From assembly GCF_902459465.1 (NCBI RefSeq), contig NC_047082.1:9176001-9240000 (forward strand): a stretch of 64,000 nucleotides of DNA, read 5' to 3'. The notes beneath the pieces are model-generated. The model had not been told where the DNA came from, did not search any database, and saw only the letters and a program-made list of their open reading frames with translations. Positions within the stretch are counted from its first letter, which is position 1; each line of letters begins with the position of its first letter. The DNA is from Asterias rubens (Eukaryota). Position numbers and translations under genes: made by a program. Shown here one piece after another: positions 60,601 through 64,000 of this stretch.

Positions 60601-62929
60601 CTCACACTGATGTTTTATACTATCAACAGCTCTCCATTGCTTGTTTTCAATAATTCTCAAAACATTACAAACAACTACTGCGTCACAGGAGAGTAGGCCT
60701 ACCGGTACGAAATCGTTGATCAAAAATAGAATTGAGAAGAAAAAAAATATATATGTGACTATACTAAACTGTCCCTTTAAAATGTGCGTCGACTACACAA
60801 TAAAGCCTCTCAAATAACACAATTCGATGCAAAGCTTATAATACGGATTGTGCAGGCCCTAAAGATTCTGCTTTAAAGGTACATTGCCGAGTACAATACA
60901 CGAATTAACTGAAGTAGTACTACATGGCCCATTTGCATAGAGCTGCTAAGCACACAAATTTGCTTAGCATGAAATTTCTTCCTCGATAAAAACAGGATTA
61001 CCAACCAAATTTCCATTTGTTGCATATTGCTTGTTACTGGTATTCAGCTGTTGTTAGCTTACTCAGAAAATCACGTGGACAATTTACCAAGGAAGAAATG
61101 TTTTTACCAAGGAAGAAATGTCATGCTATGCAAATGTTTGTGCTTAGCAGCTCTATGGTGATTCTGAAGGCCCTATAGTTCATGTAGGATATCCTGTTTT
61201 ACACGGTACATTCCCGAGTACAATGCAACGATTTAAACCAGTGCACCTCTGATTGTGGAATAATTATGTATGGCCAAAGTTTGATGCCAATTACCAGTAA
61301 TTGTCGACCATTGACATAACCCCTGAAGCTGTCCACAAATAAGATAACTTTGATAAAGGTATGGTAGAATGTGTGTCACTGGAGATAGCTTTGTGATTGA
61401 GTGGATCGATGATATTTGAATGGACCAACGGTGGTTATGGTTAAAAAGAGACCTGGGCCCAATTTCATAGAGCTGCTAAACACACAAGTTTGCTTAGCAT
61501 GACATTCCTTCCTTGATAAACCCACAGGATTACCAACCAATTTTCAATTTGTTGCATCTTGCTTGTTACTGGTGTTCGGCTGTTGTTTGCTTATCCTGAA
61601 AATCAGTTGGAAATTTGATTGGTAAACCATGTTTTTATGAAGGCAAAGATTTCATGCTAAGCTATTTTGTTTTGTGCTTAGAAGCTCTATAAAATTGGGC
61701 CCTGGTTCACTGAAAACGGTTGTAACTTCACATTACAACCGGGAAGTTCTTTTCAGAACTGAGAAGTCTCCCGAATTCCGTAAAAAAAACTCCTCCGCGG
61801 TATATAAAACAAGACAGTTCTCTTAAATAAAACATAGAGCTAGATACACACATGGTGTTACCGTAGACGATTATTATATTGATACCTCACCATGCAAATG
61901 CATCAAATCCCATAACTTGACATCAACCATTTTTTCAAAGTCAATGTATTGCATTGCTTGAACTTGATGGATTCAGGAACTTTACCAGATTTATAATATT
62001 TTAGGAATTGTGATTGATTTGATCGGTAAAGAGTTACAATATCACTTCTACTTCTAGTTATATTTTAGATCGGAGCCTTCATTTTGGAATTCAATCCTGT
62101 CGTTTAACTTAAAGGATTTGGGTACTTTTTCAAAATGTCCACAGATTTACATTAAACTTACAGGGTTTGAAGATATATGATAACGGAAAGCTTCCCTTCA
62201 AATCTTACTTACTGAGGTGCTGTAGTTTTTGAGAAATGAGTAAAACAATGTAATGAAAAACAAACGTTTGTAATTAATTTCATTACATTGTTTTACTCAT
62301 TACCCCAAAACTACCGCACCTAATATTTTCAGAGAAGCTTTCTACTATCATTATCTTCAAACTGTGTAAGTTTAGTGTAAATCTGTGGACGTTATGTTTT
62401 TTGTCCTACACCCTTTAAACAATAATAATAAATAAATAAATAGAAAAAGGCAAATTAAAACAATATTCCTGCCGAACGGGTAAAACTAATAGCTTGTTTA
62501 CCTCCCACTCAAATCAGACATGAATATGAAAATAGACGATTAGAAACTTAATACTGCATAACCAGTAACACGGTTTGTCAGATTTCATTTCGTTTTCAAC
62601 CAATACAAATTAGACATCTGTTTTCGTTTCACCCCCATCAAATCAAATCAACCAACTTCGCAAGCCCACAATTTAATTTTGTTTGTATCAAGTGTTGTCG
62701 TAAAATCAAATAAAAAAAATAAAAAAAAATGAAGTCATCCTCTTGGTTATAAAAAAAACAAAACAAGAAAAACAAAACATGAACAATCATGTGGTATAAA
62801 ATGAGGTACTGGACCAGTTCATACTGCGTACTTACATGTTAATATAAAGACCGACAGAGAAGCCAAGTTCGCACCGGCCCCTTCCCCCCGTCGACGCAGT
62901 GTCTTGACCCCGTACATCTCCCGTTCCAT
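45615..62929 (-). CDS. Type I sialomucin-like membrane receptor (signal peptide, Thr/Pro-rich ectodomain, TM, long Tyr-motif cytoplasmic tail), about 558 aa
   Basis: join(complement) 62836-62929, 54974-55864, 53811-53955, 45615-46161 (1677 nt; phases 1, 1, 2). Signal region LASLSVFILTCAAIAAHVSA, LPTT repeats, TM LLLIVGGSIGGAVTLIVLVFIVVY followed by RFAKKR. The link to the last exon crosses the assembly gap. Confidence 0.65.
47318..47440. mobile_element. 123-bp near-perfect hairpin MITE with TA TSD
   Basis: ta|GCTTCCCCGGGTCGACCCCGG...CCGGGGTCGACCCAGGGAAGC|ta. Confidence 0.8.
48108..48235. other. Assembly gap (128 N)
   Basis: Run of N. Confidence 1.
48270..48700. mobile_element. Degenerate hairpin element after the gap
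   Basis: About 48285-48350 is the reverse complement of about 48620-48685. Confidence 0.55.
48882..48924 (+). ncRNA. Minimal type I hammerhead ribozyme motif (Penelope/retrozyme type)
   Basis: CUGAGGA-U-[GACUAG/UGAAA/CUAGUC]-GAAA-CGU-A: complete core, 6-bp helix II, palindromic ACGU helix III, GUA cleavage triplet, weak helix I. Confidence 0.5.
49570..50310 (-). CDS. Intronless secreted C-type lectin domain + PAN/apple domain protein, copy 1 (246 aa)
   Basis: Signal peptide MLVLTACIKNLLLLFAVFSVGLRA. CTLD: CPPGW..WQDSCY, W..A...C, LWIG, NW, NCV, GKWGD..C. PAN: CGQACWAEPRCHSFN..CQLN. Confidence 0.9.
   Translation of the reverse strand: MLVLTACIKNLLLLFAVFSVGLRAMCPPGWLTWQDSCYILLPQKMNWTDAFRVCDRPGSAMTMPETQTEQDFIWRELNQSRIQMGLVDGNPFQLWIGCKKDLTNPGHLSCPGKKVDSDYINWEESHYKDEGQNCVRMRHKNDGKWGDYFCNGTFFAACEMRVPRPVYCLTADDDGSFTSQCLLNHDIKNLTAKGVIGCGQACWAEPRCHSFNIWQQDKTCQLNNASRPEADVTDFKNMEGCSFFEL
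51319..52059 (-). CDS. Intronless secreted C-type lectin domain + PAN/apple domain protein, copy 2 (246 aa)
   Basis: Near-identical tandem duplicate of 49570-50310 with the same length and all Cys retained. Confidence 0.9.
   Translation of the reverse strand: MLVITAYIKKLFLFFAVFSVGLQAMCPPGWLTWQDSCYILLPQKMNWTDAFRVCDRPGSAMAMPETQTEQDFIWRELNTPRIQMGLMEANPFQLWIGCKKDLTNPGHLSCPGKKVDSDYINWEGSHYKGEGQNCVRMRQKNDGKWGDYFCNGTFFAACEMRVPRPVYCLTADDDGSFTHQCLLNHDIKNLTAKGFIGCGQACWAEPRCHSFNIWQQDKTCQLNNASRLEADVTDFKNMEGCSFYEL
56833..57229. mobile_element. MITE family A
   Basis: TTAA TSD and both TIRs. Confidence 0.85.
57253..58108. mobile_element. Family-A-related TTAA element with a family-B MITE nested in its right TIR
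   Basis: TTAA at 57253 and 58105. The right TIR is restored when 57927-58099 is removed. Confidence 0.75.
57927..58096. mobile_element. MITE family B nested in a family-A TIR
   Basis: CAG TSD at 57924-57926 and 58097-58099. Confidence 0.85.
58981..59358. mobile_element. MITE family A
   Basis: TTAA TSD and TIRs. Confidence 0.8.
60325..60650. mobile_element. MITE family A, degenerate
   Basis: Body similarity to family A. Confidence 0.65.
61456..61701. mobile_element. MITE family C with perfect CTG TSD
   Basis: ctg|GGCCCAATTTC...AAATTGGGCC|ctg. Confidence 0.85.
62109..62418. mobile_element. TTAA-flanked hairpin MITE family E
   Basis: TTAA TSD and long internal inverted arms. A truncated relative lies at 6693-6992. 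Confidence 0.8.
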
Positions 62930-64000
62930 TCTGGTCCTCAAGTTCACCAATTTGTAGGACGTCGTCAGCTAGTTACTGGACACAAGTAATTCACCATGCT
63001 GGGCCTGGTCGAAAAAATACCCTAGACTGCCTCCACACGGTGCCTTGTGATTTAGAGTCCAATGCTAAAAATACAGCTGTAGTTTTTAGTGGTGGGCTCG
63101 AGTGTTGCAGTCGCTGCATACCCGCGGACGGCGCTATACCACATTAAACTGAGCTACCAACCGACTGTGTAAACATTCGTCATAATTCAATCGCCCAGTC
63201 AGCCAAATCGTATACTTTCTGTAATCACAGTTGGATTGTGTACAAAAGGGCTTCCACGGTGGCCTCAATGCATTCTGCAACTGTGAATTTCTAATGCGGA
63301 GCTGCCCCGGTCGAGTCGCGTAGGAGTACAAAGTATCCCTTTTATGCTTCACATGACTAGGTACTGGGTACATGGATGCGCGCGGCTCAACTGAGAGTTC
63401 GTTGAGATTTTTTTTTTTTTAAAGGTTTGTGACACACAGTCATCACACACCACGTGGAAATCGTGACTGGCACCTGACTCCATTATGGGAACCAGATCGT
63501 ATCCCATTGGCTGATGCGTAATTATTGCTACATTGAAATGAATCACCTGCTGAAGAGGCAGACAGATTCAGCGCCCCGACTTCCAAAGTTCACATTATTT
63601 TTGTTTTTCTATGGCGCTTCATCATAGTGGAGAGGCCTGCTGCTTTGATATGCCGCGCTGTGATGCAACCTTTTCTGGCATAATTATAATATGCCTGAAC
63701 GTCTCGCAATCGAAAGGGCACATACAAGTCAATATTAGCGAAGCAGAAATTCATCCGAATGTTATGAATTAAACAAAAACATACTCCAGCTTTTCTGCAG
63801 GTTAACATTAAATCTAGTGGTAATTCTACCCAACTCTAAACCCCAAACCTCACATTGTTAGTCAATGCTAAGACAGACTCTATCAGCTGTCTATCTTTGC
63901 ACATGATAGGTCTGGGAGGGCACATCTTTTTTGATGACAGTTTTTGGACTTTTGCCCTTCCCGGGACGGCCTGTGCTTGTTTTATTGTTTTGCTTTTTTT

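Overview
AT-rich animal genomic DNA with spliceosomal introns and one 128-N assembly gap (48108-48235). The repeat and gene families suggest an echinoderm, probably a sea star (inference). I reconstructed genes by hand from GT/AG sites with consistent intron phases. (1) A 14-coding-exon, two-lobed, GPI/C-terminally anchored melanotransferrin-like gene on the minus strand (2412-18629, 751 aa). (2) Three DEDDy 3'-5' exonuclease genes of the EXD1/Egalitarian type, each with a C-terminal C4 zinc finger. The middle copy is a chimera made by a DUP-NML-INV/DUP-type rearrangement: promoter and N-terminal exons from paralog 3, catalytic exons from paralog 1. (3) A small orphan single-pass membrane protein. 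(4) A type I sialomucin-like receptor with Tyr motifs, whose last intron appears to host two intronless secreted C-type-lectin/PAN genes; that link crosses the gap. The introns and intergenic DNA carry many TTAA-flanked (Kolobok/T2-type) MITEs, CWG-flanked (Harbinger-like) MITEs, tRNA-derived SINEs, a dead LINE RT fragment and Penelope-type minimal hammerhead ribozyme motifs. No database searches were run, so family assignments rest on motif recognition.
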